Shown here piece after piece: positions 29,188 through 38,053 of a stretch of 64,000 bases of DNA; position 1 is the stretch's first letter, and each line of letters opens with the position of its first letter. The notes beneath the pieces were generated by a model. The model was not told the origin of the DNA. It ran no database searches and saw nothing but the letters and a program-made list of their open reading frames with translations. Origin of the DNA: a virus; the IMG/VR virus record IMGVR_UViG_3300035660_000005, positions 1 to 64,000 of that record; one strand, given 5' to 3'. Made by a program: the position numbers and the translations under genes.

Positions 29188-29593
29188 CCTCTGCGTCGTC
29201 GGCCAGCTGCTCCTCCACTTCGTGCTCGACGGCGAGCAGCTTTCGCAGTGCGCCTATCTCCATTCCAGCGTATAGAACGAGCTTGCGCTGGGCGACGATT
29301 GGTAGGGCCTCGATCTTGTCACGCGGGAGGGTCGTCATGAGGGCCAAGATCTCCACCCGAATTTCGGCCAACGAGTCCGCCAGCTTCATGACGCGCTCCT
29401 CGTTGGTCGGGGATGTAGACTCGATCTCACGCAGGATCCACTCCTCGCGCTTGGAGAGTGCGCGGACCTTCGCCTCTTCGAACTTCGTCATGTGCGACAG
29501 CGTTCGAAGTTCGTACCGTTCGCCGTCGACGGTGAAGGGGATGGCAGGCTCGATCTGGGTGGAGAGTGTGATCAGGTTGTCTGTGTCCGACAT
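29135..29593 (-). CDS. Tail assembly chaperone, G-like
   Basis: FTVDGERYEL N-terminus, helical; between MTP and TMP. Confidence 0.65.
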   Translation of the reverse strand: MSDTDNLITLSTQIEPAIPFTVDGERYELRTLSHMTKFEEAKVRALSKREEWILREIESTSPTNEERVMKLADSLAEIRVEILALMTTLPRDKIEALPIVAQRKLVLYAGMEIGALRKLLAVEHEVEEQLADDAEGAVKESVRERARRLRRA

Positions 29594-29811
29594 AGCTCTG
29601 AGTCCTCCTCTATGCTAATGTCATACTCCAGCCGAATCCCCATAGCGGCATAGTGCCGCTGGAGCTGGCTGAGCTTTTCCATCACCTCGCGAGCCTTGCG
29701 GCGGTACAACCCGCTGAGTCGCTTGTACTCGCGAGCGGTGTCGCGGAAGTCGCGGAACAGTGCCCGCAGAACCTCCGTCGTATCAGGCGTCTGGGACTCC
29801 GCCATAGCCAT
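29572..29811 (-). CDS. Hypothetical protein
   Basis: ORF in the tail operon. Confidence 0.45.
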   Translation of the reverse strand: MAMAESQTPDTTEVLRALFRDFRDTAREYKRLSGLYRRKAREVMEKLSQLQRHYAAMGIRLEYDISIEEDSELCRTQTT

Positions 29812-29838
29812 GTCCCTTGTTCGCTTGATCCGTCGAAC

Positions 29839-30426
29839 TTATGCCGGTGTTGGCGGAGCGTCCTGAGCCCGCAGCGAGCCGAAGCGCACTTCGGGAGTGG
29901 CCGCATCCGGGTCCTCGAGGGCTTCCCACTCCGTGTCGAGGATCGTCTTGTCGTCCTTCACGAAGGCCGGAGCCGGCGAGCCGGACTGCACAACGATCGG
30001 GATCTCGAACTGCATGAAGGCGTCCATGTAGGGTGAAGGCCCACGGATAAGCATCGCGAAGCGTGCGACGTCGAAGCCCTGGCGCAGCGGGAAGCTGCGG
30101 TGGCCGGCGGCGCCCACACCCGGAGCGATGTCGGAGACGAACGCGTCGTTCATGACCCGTGCGTAGCGTTCTAGGGTCAACTCCGCGATCGAGAAGGACA
30201 CCTTCATGTGCTCCTCTGTGCGGATGGCCTTGACTGGGCCACTGGCCTGGTCCACGTAGAGCAGGTCGACGCTCTCGTCGTGAGAGGTGGTGATTCCGCC
30301 CTCAGTGCGGCCGAGCGACACCCAGTCCCCAGTGGGCTCGGCGTCGATGTCAGGGAACTCGGTGCCCACCGGAGCGACGAAGACGTCCGCTGGACCTGCG
30401 ATGATCTCGTACGGTGTAGTGCTCAT
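29839..30426 (-). CDS. Major tail protein
   Basis: IIAGPADVFVAP..WVSLGRTEGGI; ATG at 30426 with RBS. Confidence 0.8.
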   Translation of the reverse strand: MSTTPYEIIAGPADVFVAPVGTEFPDIDAEPTGDWVSLGRTEGGITTSHDESVDLLYVDQASGPVKAIRTEEHMKVSFSIAELTLERYARVMNDAFVSDIAPGVGAAGHRSFPLRQGFDVARFAMLIRGPSPYMDAFMQFEIPIVVQSGSPAPAFVKDDKTILDTEWEALEDPDAATPEVRFGSLRAQDAPPTPA

Positions 30427-30427
30427 G

Positions 30428-30682
30428 TTACTCCTCACTTGCCTCAGGGGCAGGAGCCGGTAGCTCCACCCACCTTGGCTCTGGTTCCGGCTCCGGAAGC
30501 GGAAGAGCCGGAACGTGAACCTTGTCCACGTTCCACTCCGCTCCTGTGTCGGCTAGGATGCGCTTCTTCGTCACCTCGTCCACATCGTGCGAGTCGCCGA
30601 CCTTCCACGACAAGCCTGACGTCGGATCCACGTAGACGCCGCACGGCCCGAGGTACGTAAGGGTGAACATCTTCGGCTTCAT
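30428..30682 (-). CDS. Hypothetical protein
   Basis: ORF with RBS; Pro/Glu-rich tail. Confidence 0.5.
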   Translation of the reverse strand: MKPKMFTLTYLGPCGVYVDPTSGLSWKVGDSHDVDEVTKKRILADTGAEWNVDKVHVPALPLPEPEPEPRWVELPAPAPEASEE

Positions 30683-30698
30683 TATACCTCCTCTGTCG

Positions 30699-31139
30699 TC
30701 ACTCGGGAATCGGCTCCGTACCGACCATCGTCTCTACGAACAACGTCTCTTGGAACCACGTTCCGGTCTCGTCGGGCGTCATGTTTGGCCCACTGACGAT
30801 CGTCGTGTAGTGAACGAGGTAGAGCTTTCCCGAGCTAGGCTGCCGCACGCTGCGGCGATTCTTCAGGTGCCACTTGTCAATCACGGCACGACTGATCAGC
30901 TCCACCTGCCTCAGCGAGGGCGCGATACAGCGGATGGATAGTCGCGCTCGTACGAGCGGCAGGTACTTCTCGATTACTGGGAAGCCCACCTCGGCGAGGG
31001 AGACACAGCCGATGCTGAACTCCTCTTCCTTCGCCGGACCGACCATCACGCCACCAGGCGCCGCATCAGCGATCTCGGCAAAGCTCTGAAGCTCAACCAT
31101 CAGCAGTTCAGGTACAGACACCAGTGTGATCTCCACCAC
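30699..31139 (-). CDS. Tail terminator-like protein
   Basis: Size and position before the MTP. Confidence 0.55.
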   Translation of the reverse strand: MVEITLVSVPELLMVELQSFAEIADAAPGGVMVGPAKEEEFSIGCVSLAEVGFPVIEKYLPLVRARLSIRCIAPSLRQVELISRAVIDKWHLKNRRSVRQPSSGKLYLVHYTTIVSGPNMTPDETGTWFQETLFVETMVGTEPIPE

Positions 31140-31141
31140 CG

Positions 31142-31585
31142 CTAAAACCCCTCCTCACTCATGGCCTGCTTTAGCTGCGCTTGGTATCCTGCCGTCGCTG
31201 CCTCCACCGCGGGCTCGAGGAACTGGTGATCTCCGCCACGTCGGTTCTCGTACTCGGCATAGCTGATCCACGACCCGACACGAACTACGGCTCCGTCATC
31301 TACCCACTGGGGGATCTCCCCCATCGCCGGTAGCGACATCGCTGAGCCCTTAGGTGGCGTGGCCGCCTGGCCCTCGTCGCCACTGCCCTGGTAGTTGCGT
31401 GGCGCGGCGTGGATCGAACGCGAGAGTGTGCCGGTCAGACGGTGAACTCGAGTCTTCATGTTGGTCACCGCCGTCTCCGCCCAAGCGATCATCGAACGCG
31501 ACACAGCGCGCTTGACCTTCTGCTTGATCTCCACGCCCTTCCAGTTCAGCGTGTAGCCGCTGACTCCAGGCGATCCCTTAGGCAT
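31142..31585 (-). CDS. HK97 gp10-like tail-completion protein
   Basis: TGTLSRSI, VGS..SYAEYE, FLEPA. Confidence 0.75.
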   Translation of the reverse strand: MPKGSPGVSGYTLNWKGVEIKQKVKRAVSRSMIAWAETAVTNMKTRVHRLTGTLSRSIHAAPRNYQGSGDEGQAATPPKGSAMSLPAMGEIPQWVDDGAVVRVGSWISYAEYENRRGGDHQFLEPAVEAATAGYQAQLKQAMSEEGF

Positions 31586-31952
31586 CTGCTATGCTCCTCA
31601 CTACACGACAGGGACACTCCAGGTGGTGGAGCTGCCCGTCGCCGCCGTACACCTTACGTACGAGTGCGATGTCCAGCTCTCGTGCCAGCACCTGTTCACC
31701 ATCTGGCCCCAGGATTTGCGAGATCCGATCTCCCTCGTTCGCGTCCACGCTCGGGTCCATGTAGACGACGTACTCGATGTCCACGTAACCACGCTGCGCG
31801 AGCGACTGCCGCTCACGACCACTCGCCGAGCGCAACCGACAAGAGATGTCTGTCGCCTTGTCGTCCCACTCGTCTACCGGCTGGTTGAACCGGTCCTTGA
31901 TGCCGCGCGGCTTCTGGATCGTCGCGCGCATTGCGAGTAGCGACGTGAACAT
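31578..31952 (-). CDS. Head-closure protein (SPP1 gp16-like)
   Basis: GRE, GDRI, HHLE; position. Confidence 0.7.
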   Translation of the reverse strand: MFTSLLAMRATIQKPRGIKDRFNQPVDEWDDKATDISCRLRSASGRERQSLAQRGYVDIEYVVYMDPSVDANEGDRISQILGPDGEQVLARELDIALVRKVYGGDGQLHHLECPCRVVRSIADA

Positions 31953-31961
31953 CGCTACGCT

Positions 31962-32324
31962 CTAGCCCATCCGGTAGGCGCGGACCTTGAAGGCGGACTC
32001 GTGCGCTGCCTCGAAGTTCACGTAGACCTTGCCGGCGTCCGCGCCCGACTGCTTGTTGTAGACGTCCACTGGGAACGGACCGAACGTCCAGGTCTCGGTC
32101 TTCGGGATCGACTTCACAATGTCCTCGACCACCTTGCCGTCGACGGTAGCTGTCGTCACGATGGTCACACTGTACGGGTTGTCTGCGTCGGAGTTGCGGA
32201 CCTCGATCCAGCAGTAGCCATTGTTGGCGAACATGAGACCCTCGGCGGTCCCTGTGGTCTCAGTAGGCGTCTTAACGCCGGCACGACTGATCTGGGTCGG
32301 CACAACATCTACTCGAACGGCCAT
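31962..32324 (-). CDS. Putative virion structural protein
   Basis: Beta-rich, FANNG..IEVRN..GPFP; neck region. Confidence 0.5.
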   Translation of the reverse strand: MAVRVDVVPTQISRAGVKTPTETTGTAEGLMFANNGYCWIEVRNSDADNPYSVTIVTTATVDGKVVEDIVKSIPKTETWTFGPFPVDVYNKQSGADAGKVYVNFEAAHESAFKVRAYRMG

Positions 32325-32336
32325 GGTAGCCTCCTC

Positions 32337-32945
32337 TTATGTGCTTCGAATGTGGACCTTCTTGTAAGGTCCCAAGTACTCTGTCGCGATGGGCGGGATT
32401 ACGATGGTCGCGTCGCCGGCCCTGGAGTACGAGTAGTCGCCAAGCGACTCACTTGCGAGCCGATTGGCGTCGCGTGCGGAGCAGGCATACGTCGTTGCAG
32501 CGATGGCCGCAACCGCCTCCCGCACCAACGGTGGTACGACGCCCATCGCAGTGTAGGTGACTTCGATGCGGGCCCACTCGCCCGGTGGAACCTCGACAAC
32601 GGCTTCCTCGAACCCTTCTGGTGTCCGGTATCGCTCGTAGTGCAGTCGGATCTTGCCGCGCTCCTGAACGTCGTAGCTGGTATTCGCTACCAACGTCACG
32701 CCAAGATCGTCCGCTGTGATGAACGCCTTGACGACCACCGCGGTCGGACTCTCGTCCTTCAGTTGCAGTAGGGAGTCCTGGCGCACATCATAGAACTTCT
32801 CAGTGACGGTGCCGCTGGTGTCCCAGTCCTTCTTGCAGACGTGCTTCACCCACTCGGATGCAGCCTCGAGGTACTTCTCGATGTCCGCGTCGTTCGCACT
32901 CGGGTCCTTCAACCAGCGCTTGACGTCGTCCTTGGTCGCGAGCAT
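32337..32945 (-). CDS. Head-tail adaptor (SPP1 gp15-like)
   Basis: LATKDDVK.WL, IEVTYTA, SESLGDYSYS. Confidence 0.8.
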   Translation of the reverse strand: MLATKDDVKRWLKDPSANDADIEKYLEAASEWVKHVCKKDWDTSGTVTEKFYDVRQDSLLQLKDESPTAVVVKAFITADDLGVTLVANTSYDVQERGKIRLHYERYRTPEGFEEAVVEVPPGEWARIEVTYTAMGVVPPLVREAVAAIAATTYACSARDANRLASESLGDYSYSRAGDATIVIPPIATEYLGPYKKVHIRST

Positions 32946-32948
32946 CGC

Positions 32949-33344
32949 TTAGCCTCTACGGACCTCCACGAGGGCGGTAACGATCACCGCATCTGCGATG
33001 ACGTCGCAGCCGGCGACGTTGACCACCAACTCGCCGCAGACCAGTTGAGGCTTGGTGGCCGGAGTAGCGCGGTCAGCCCCGACAGTGTCCTTCTCCACCT
33101 CAGTGATCTGAGCAAGCGGGAAGTCGGCGTTGTTGTTGGTGAGCGTGAGTAGCGTCTTGGGTACTGGGAGAGTGCAGGTGATCACAACGTCGGTAGTGCC
33201 AGGACAGGTCGGGTCGTAGTCCACGGCGAGTGCGATCAGACGCACGATGCCACCAGGAACTCCTGCCCTACCGGAACCCGTCGCCACTCCTGGGCCCACG
33301 CCGGCGGTCGTCACCTTGATTGTCTCTAGCCTGACCAACGCCAT
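32949..33344 (-). CDS. Putative virion structural protein
   Basis: Beta-rich ORF in the head-neck operon. Confidence 0.5.
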   Translation of the reverse strand: MALVRLETIKVTTAGVGPGVATGSGRAGVPGGIVRLIALAVDYDPTCPGTTDVVITCTLPVPKTLLTLTNNNADFPLAQITEVEKDTVGADRATPATKPQLVCGELVVNVAGCDVIADAVIVTALVEVRRG

Positions 33345-33347
33345 GTT

Positions 33348-33689
33348 CTAGTCCTCCTCTGTGGCAGCCAGATCCGTACTGAGGCACTTGTGTTGGTGCT
33401 TGTACGCCTTCCCGCACTTCTCGCATGTCTGCGATTCCGGCCTCGGCTCACGCAAGTCCTTGACCTCTAGGGGTCCGACTTCGCCCGGTGCATCTGGGTA
33501 GATCACCGTCTCGCCCGCTTCCTCTTCGTGCAATTCGCGGACGTGGACTCCGTGTGCCCTCCCGGCCGCCTTGGCAAGAGCCGGATCTTCGGTAGTGTAG
33601 ACGCCAGGGCGGAACCGCTTGGTTCCGTAGCACCAGGTGTTGCAGAGATCCGACACCTCGAGCTCCCAGGTCTTCTTCGGCTGTGCCAT
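33348..33689 (-). CDS. Hypothetical protein (C-terminal CxxC..HxC)
   Basis: ATG at 33689 with GAGG RBS. Confidence 0.55.
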   Translation of the reverse strand: MAQPKKTWELEVSDLCNTWCYGTKRFRPGVYTTEDPALAKAAGRAHGVHVRELHEEEAGETVIYPDAPGEVGPLEVKDLREPRPESQTCEKCGKAYKHQHKCLSTDLAATEED

Positions 33690-33717
33690 GTGGCTATGCC
33701 TCCTCGGGTTGCGAGCG

Positions 33718-34065
33718 TTACACGCTCGCGTCGATCGCGACGAGCAGCTCGCCCAGCTCACGCGAACCAGGGTAGCTGCCGGCCTGAGCGAGCGTGTCGA
33801 TGTTGTGCCAGTCGATGGTGTAGTTGGCCTCGGTGTCACCGACCAGGGTTCGTAGTGCGTCAAGCACATGCGCCAGCTCCGCGGGGCCTGGCATCGCGTA
33901 GGTCGGGTTGCCATCGTTCCACGCGTTGACTGTGGCAGCCACGGCGTTCGCGCCGGCGCCGATGTGCGCACAGATGTGCAGAAGGGCCTCAGTCAACTCC
34001 GCTGGGCCAGGCATGCCGGCACCACCGGCGGTGAGCCACTTCACGTGATCAGTCTGGTAGGACAT
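33718..34065 (-). CDS. Hypothetical protein with internal MPGPAEL repeats
   Basis: MPGPAEL twice plus YPGSREL. Confidence 0.55.
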   Translation of the reverse strand: MSYQTDHVKWLTAGGAGMPGPAELTEALLHICAHIGAGANAVAATVNAWNDGNPTYAMPGPAELAHVLDALRTLVGDTEANYTIDWHNIDTLAQAGSYPGSRELGELLVAIDASV

Positions 34066-34075
34066 GTCTGTCTCC

Positions 34076-34345
34076 TTACGTGCTTAGCAGCCTCGCCTGA
34101 TCCTCCGTCGCCGGCGGTGGCTCGGCCTGCTCTTCTGCTTGCAGTTCCTCGGCCTTCGCGTAGCGATAGCCGAGATCCCAACCCTCGAGCGCGGCCTTGG
34201 CAGCGATCACCTGAGTCTCTGCCTCTTCGCGCGCAGCCTCGATCTGTTCAGCCTGCTCGTCGAGCTCTTGAAGCTGCGCTCGGTTAAGCACCACCTGGCG
34301 CTCGATCATGTCGCGGTCGATCAGGGTCGTCTGTGGCTGTGCCAT
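34076..34345 (-). CDS. Coiled-coil protein (fibre chaperone-like)
   Basis: Gln/Glu heptads; follows a fibre-like gene. Confidence 0.5.
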   Translation of the reverse strand: MAQPQTTLIDRDMIERQVVLNRAQLQELDEQAEQIEAAREEAETQVIAAKAALEGWDLGYRYAKAEELQAEEQAEPPPATEDQARLLST

Positions 34346-34380
34346 AGTTGGCTATGCCCTCCTTATAGTCCTCTCCACGC

Positions 34381-35007
34381 TTAGGACGCGTAGAGCGGGA
34401 TCTTGAAGAACGTGTCGCCGACCTTGACACGGATGTAGCCCGTGTTCGCAGGTAGTGCGGCGGGCGAGCCGGTCTTGGCCGCCAGGTTGGTCTCCTCGTC
34501 GAGCTTAGCGAAGCAGTCCCACTTCAGGGAGTCCTCGGCCGCCTCGACACGGATGAACGACACGTCGCCGGTCACTGCGCACGACATGTTCATGCGCCCA
34601 CGCGCGAACATGAGGTCGCCCGCGATGGTGCGCACCGAGTTGAGGTCGCTGACGGCTTCGAGTTCGAGAACGCGCGCCACGCCACTGAGGTTACCCGTCG
34701 TGCCCTTCAGGTAGACGTCGATGTGCTTGCCAATGATGTTGGTGCCGGCGATGCCGTCGTTGAAGCGGGGCGAGGTCTCGCCGCCGATCACCGAGGCCGT
34801 GCCGGTCACGCTAGCTGCTGGCTTCGACTGGGAGCCGATAATGCTGCCGGAAGTGGCGGTGAAGTCGCGGCTGTTGATGCGGACGGTCTTGCCGTCGGTC
34901 TTGGTGTAGAGAAGTAGGTGGCCGGCAGCCGCGTCGATCTCAACCACGGCCGCGCCTGCGGGGGTAGGCCCAAAGAGCAGGGCCTTGAGGGTACGGTACT
35001 TGAGCAT
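34381..35007 (-). CDS. Head decoration / fibre-like protein
   Basis: Directly after the MCP; C-terminal GYIRVKVG..KIPLY. Confidence 0.5.
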   Translation of the reverse strand: MLKYRTLKALLFGPTPAGAAVVEIDAAAGHLLLYTKTDGKTVRINSRDFTATSGSIIGSQSKPAASVTGTASVIGGETSPRFNDGIAGTNIIGKHIDVYLKGTTGNLSGVARVLELEAVSDLNSVRTIAGDLMFARGRMNMSCAVTGDVSFIRVEAAEDSLKWDCFAKLDEETNLAAKTGSPAALPANTGYIRVKVGDTFFKIPLYAS

Positions 35008-35081
35008 TTCGTAGTCCTCCTGTCGAGCGCTCCTCGCGGGAGCGATCGTCTCCTCCTGACGATTCGTCAGAGAGGCCTAGC

Positions 35082-35114
35082 GGGAGCGGGCAGTCCGTTA
35101 AGTTGCCCGCTCCC
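35082..35114 (-). terminator. GC-rich hairpin downstream of the major capsid gene
   Basis: GGGAGCGGGCA / TGCCCGCTCCC 11-bp stem; no clear U-tract. Confidence 0.45.
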
Positions 35115-35140
35115 CATATTCAGTTTGACGTCGTGGTCGA

Positions 35141-36115
35141 TTACGGCTCGACGCTGACGTTGTAAGCGATGGCCGTCGCCTTGGCGACTGCGATCCGCGC
35201 GTCGATACGCGTGGTCACGATGAAGCTCGTGACGCCCTCGCGGGGGTCACGGAACTGCTCCATCTTGATGGCCCGACGGAAGCCCGCGTAGAGGTTCATG
35301 CGGTGGGTAAGCAGAACGAACGACTTGTCCGGACTGCCTGGGATCACCTTCATGAGCGGGACACTCACGATGGAGATCCCCTGGTAGGTGAGCGGGCGGG
35401 TGCCGGATAGGATCTCGTCACCCAGAGCAGTGCCGCGCTCAGCGAGCTGGTCGCGGTACTTCTCCTCAAGGATGGTCGGGACGTAGAAGCGCATGTTCGC
35501 GAGGTCGCGCTTGTACATCGGCGGCAGGCTCTTCAGAAGCGTGCCGAAGACGGTCTGGTAGTCCTGGCCGAGAACGGTGACGTCAGCGGCGTTGTTGCCC
35601 GTCTGCTCGCCACAGCGTGCCAGCCAGCCATCCAGCAGGTTGAGGTAGCCGGTGGTGTCGTCGGTGTTGTCGACGAAGGAGTTGTCCATGTCACCGCAGA
35701 TCATGAGCTCCTCGACGTCGCGACCGACACCCTCCGCCACCATCGAGATGATGGTGTCGGCGAAGCCAGCGCGCTCCACCTGGTCCTCAAGGACCTCGTC
35801 GGTGACTGGGACCTCACCGCGAAGCAGCACGGTGGACATCTCGATGACGCCGGTTGTTGGCTTCACACGATTGGCCGTGTCCAGCCGCTCACCCTCGGTG
35901 CCTGCACGCATGATGCGTGCGGAGAAGTCGATTGTGCTCTCCTGCCACTTACTGGCGTTGTTCATGACGGTGCGAACGTCGGGGAGCATCTTCTGCGGCT
36001 TGATCGCCATCCGCAGGAACGTCTGCACCTGCTCAATGGTGAGCGGAGCCTCGCCTGCGCCGCCGAAGTCGGCAAGCGCCAGCGTGGCCTTGCGAAGCAG
36101 CTCTTCGTTTGTCAT
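35141..36115 (-). CDS. Major capsid protein (HK97 fold, XkdG-like)
   Basis: MTNEELLRKA.., EVLED.VE, RDVEELMICGD, LDGWL, RGTALGD. Confidence 0.88.
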   Translation of the reverse strand: MTNEELLRKATLALADFGGAGEAPLTIEQVQTFLRMAIKPQKMLPDVRTVMNNASKWQESTIDFSARIMRAGTEGERLDTANRVKPTTGVIEMSTVLLRGEVPVTDEVLEDQVERAGFADTIISMVAEGVGRDVEELMICGDMDNSFVDNTDDTTGYLNLLDGWLARCGEQTGNNAADVTVLGQDYQTVFGTLLKSLPPMYKRDLANMRFYVPTILEEKYRDQLAERGTALGDEILSGTRPLTYQGISIVSVPLMKVIPGSPDKSFVLLTHRMNLYAGFRRAIKMEQFRDPREGVTSFIVTTRIDARIAVAKATAIAYNVSVEP

Positions 36116-36158
36116 GGTCGTTCCTCTCTCCTTAGGGTTGGTCTGTCTTCCCCTGGCT

Positions 36159-36596
36159 CTACTTCAGCTCGAGCGAGTGGCCGGAGCCACGCCGCACGAA
36201 CTTCGTGAAGGCCTTCGCTAGCGACGTCTCGGGGGTGTCGTCGTCCTTGGGTGCCGTGTCGTCGCCCTCGATGCTCTTGCGCAGAGCCGTAGCCTTCTCC
36301 AGCTTGCCCACACGGTCCATCACCGCGTCGAACGCCTTGGTGAGGGTCTCCATGAAAGCGCTCAGAGCAGCGACGGTCTTTGCGACATCGCCCTCTCCGC
36401 CCAGCGCCTTCTCGACGGCATCGATGCGCGCCGTAAGCGCGGTCAGGTCTACCGTCCCCGGCTTTGGGTCAGGAGTGGCGTTGGGATCCGGCGTCGCGTT
36501 GGGGTCAGGGGTTGCGTTCGGGTCCGCCGGCTTCAGGGCGGCCTGAAGTGTCTCGTTGAGTCCCGCCCAGAACCCGTCCTTCTTCTCTTCGGCCAT
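36159..36596 (-). CDS. Scaffolding protein
   Basis: Coiled coil directly upstream of the MCP; DPNATP tandem repeat x3. Confidence 0.65.
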   Translation of the reverse strand: MAEEKKDGFWAGLNETLQAALKPADPNATPDPNATPDPNATPDPKPGTVDLTALTARIDAVEKALGGEGDVAKTVAALSAFMETLTKAFDAVMDRVGKLEKATALRKSIEGDDTAPKDDDTPETSLAKAFTKFVRRGSGHSLELK

Positions 36597-36607
36597 TGTC
36601 GTCTCCC

Positions 36608-37150
36608 TTACTCTTCGCCAGCCGCCTCCACCTTGGCCCGTAGGTCCTCCACGGCCTTGGCGAGCTGGCTGGCCTTGTCCTCGCTGGTGGCCTCGGAGCG
36701 GTAAATGTTCGCCACCTGCTTACAGAAGTTGGGCCACTCCGCGAGGATCGCCTTCTGCATTCCTGGTGTTGGGTACGCGTTGTCTGGCTTCTTGGCCTTC
36801 ATCTTCTCCCACATGGTCTTCAGGAAGTCGATGAACGCCTTCGGTGCGGGGTATCCGTAGCCGTCCGGCTTCTTGTTGCCGTACTGCTCCTCAAGGAACT
36901 TGAGGATCGTGTCGCAGGCGTCCTTCACTTCCTTCGGGACGTCTCCGTCCTTGAGCTCCGTCAGCTGGGCAGTGAGGTCGTTGGCGGCCTTGATGAGTTC
37001 GGCCTCCTGCTTGATGAGTTCGTCCAGCTCCTCGACGCCGGTGATGTCCGCATTCTTCATAACGGCCCATCCCTCCTCTTCGTTCGCGGAATGATCGACG
37101 CCGGACGTCTCGTCCCAGCGCAGGTTGACAATCTTCTTAGCAGTAGGCAT
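36608..37150 (-). CDS. Scaffold-like protein with N-terminal prohead-protease E-x-S-x-V-D-x-x-AN segment
   Basis: IVNLRWDETSGVDHSAN, then helical coiled coil. Confidence 0.6.
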   Translation of the reverse strand: MPTAKKIVNLRWDETSGVDHSANEEEGWAVMKNADITGVEELDELIKQEAELIKAANDLTAQLTELKDGDVPKEVKDACDTILKFLEEQYGNKKPDGYGYPAPKAFIDFLKTMWEKMKAKKPDNAYPTPGMQKAILAEWPNFCKQVANIYRSEATSEDKASQLAKAVEDLRAKVEAAGEE

Positions 37151-37264
37151 GGTAGTCCGACCTCATTCTAAGCGACGACAACACCAGTGGGCAACACAAC
37201 GGTACCCCACGGCTTTAGGGAGACTCGACGGGGCACAGGTAGGTCTTAGAGGACTTCGTGAGGT

Positions 37265-37328
37265 GCGGGACACGAGGAACGAACCACACGCTAACAGCGC
37301 GCTTGAGGCGACACGCACACTGGCGGGA
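37265..37328 (-). promoter_or_regulatory. 64-bp conserved element upstream of the scaffold/capsid operon
   Basis: 46/64 ungapped identity (hand count) to 60005-60068; TCCCGC at both ends. Confidence 0.55.
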
Positions 37329-37334
37329 CACCAA

Positions 37335-37363
37335 GAGCGGGCCGTCTTAGGACCGGCCCGCTC
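37335..37363 (-). terminator. GC-rich hairpin ending the accessory transcript
   Basis: GAGCGGGCCG / CGGCCCGCTC 10-bp stem. Confidence 0.5.
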
Positions 37364-37485
37364 CTAGCGGAGGTGTGTTGGAGAGACTGTCAACTGTCTA
37401 CGTTACGGTCGTCGCATCTTCTCGAGGTCGTACTTGATGATCAGGCTGAGCCTGAACAGGGTCGCTTCGGCCGACGTCATCTTCA

Positions 37486-37653
37486 TTACTTCACCCTCCT
37501 CGGGAACTGGATGACCTTGCCGCGGTCGCGCTCCTGGATCCGTTCGAGTATCGGGCGCTCGAAGCAGCGTGCCATCTCGCGGCGACTACCGCTGGACTCG
37601 CGCAGGAACCGATGTAGTTCCAGGTCGATGATTCCGTCTGTTTGCGTCTTCAT
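37486..37653 (-). CDS. Small protein (55 aa, MKTQTDGIIDLELHRF...)
   Basis: Starts at promoter cassette copy 2; followed by a coupled 27-aa ORF (37403-37486). Confidence 0.5.
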   Translation of the reverse strand: MKTQTDGIIDLELHRFLRESSGSRREMARCFERPILERIQERDRGKVIQFPRRVK

Positions 37654-37708
37654 CTCCTCTTACCTCCACCTATATCATCCATGATAGGAAGACAGAGGTC
37701 AACGGGTT
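37645..37708 (-). promoter_or_regulatory. Sigma70-type promoter + RBS cassette, copy 2
   Basis: Identical to 15415-15478. Confidence 0.75.
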
Positions 37709-37735
37709 AGAGAGCAATATTTGGAATTTGATTTA

Positions 37736-38053
37736 CTAATCAGTACTGCATTGTACTGGATGAAGTGCTGCCCATGCTGGCGAGCACTGGATCAAGACGG
37801 TAGCTGTCACAGTGGTCGGGGAGCGAGGAGTTGAACCTCGGCTTCCTGGTCCCAGGCCAGGGGTGCTGCCGTAACACCTCTCCCCGACTAGAGCCGGCTC
37901 CGTTGGCGTCGCGGGCTCGACGGCGGCGGCCGCTGGCGCGGAGCTCGTGCCGGCAGTGGGGCTCGGCTCAGCACTTGAACTGTACAACGTATGCGCACTC
38001 ACCAGCAACACAACGACGGTCAGCAGCTTCAGCAGGAAGGCGAGCATCACCAC
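37736..38053 (-). CDS. Putative secreted low-complexity protein overlapping a tRNA
   Basis: Signal-peptide-like MLAFLLKLLTVVVLLVSA plus Ser/Ala/Pro/Thr stalk. Confidence 0.35.
   Translation of the reverse strand: MVMLAFLLKLLTVVVLLVSAHTLYSSSAEPSPTAGTSSAPAAAAVEPATPTEPALVGERCYGSTPGLGPGSRGSTPRSPTTVTATVLIQCSPAWAALHPVQCSTD
37813..37886 (-). tRNA. tRNA-Pro (TGG), atypical
   Basis: Hand-folded cloverleaf: CGGGGAG/CTCCCCG acceptor, GTGT/GCAC D-stem, CCTGG/CCAGG anticodon stem, CGAGG-TTCAACT-CCTCG T-arm, A73-CCA. Confidence 0.8.

Noticed and set aside
36450-36530. 18-bp tandem repeat as a non-coding element
   Set aside because: Encodes a DPNATP linker in the scaffold with synonymous variation; a protein-level repeat
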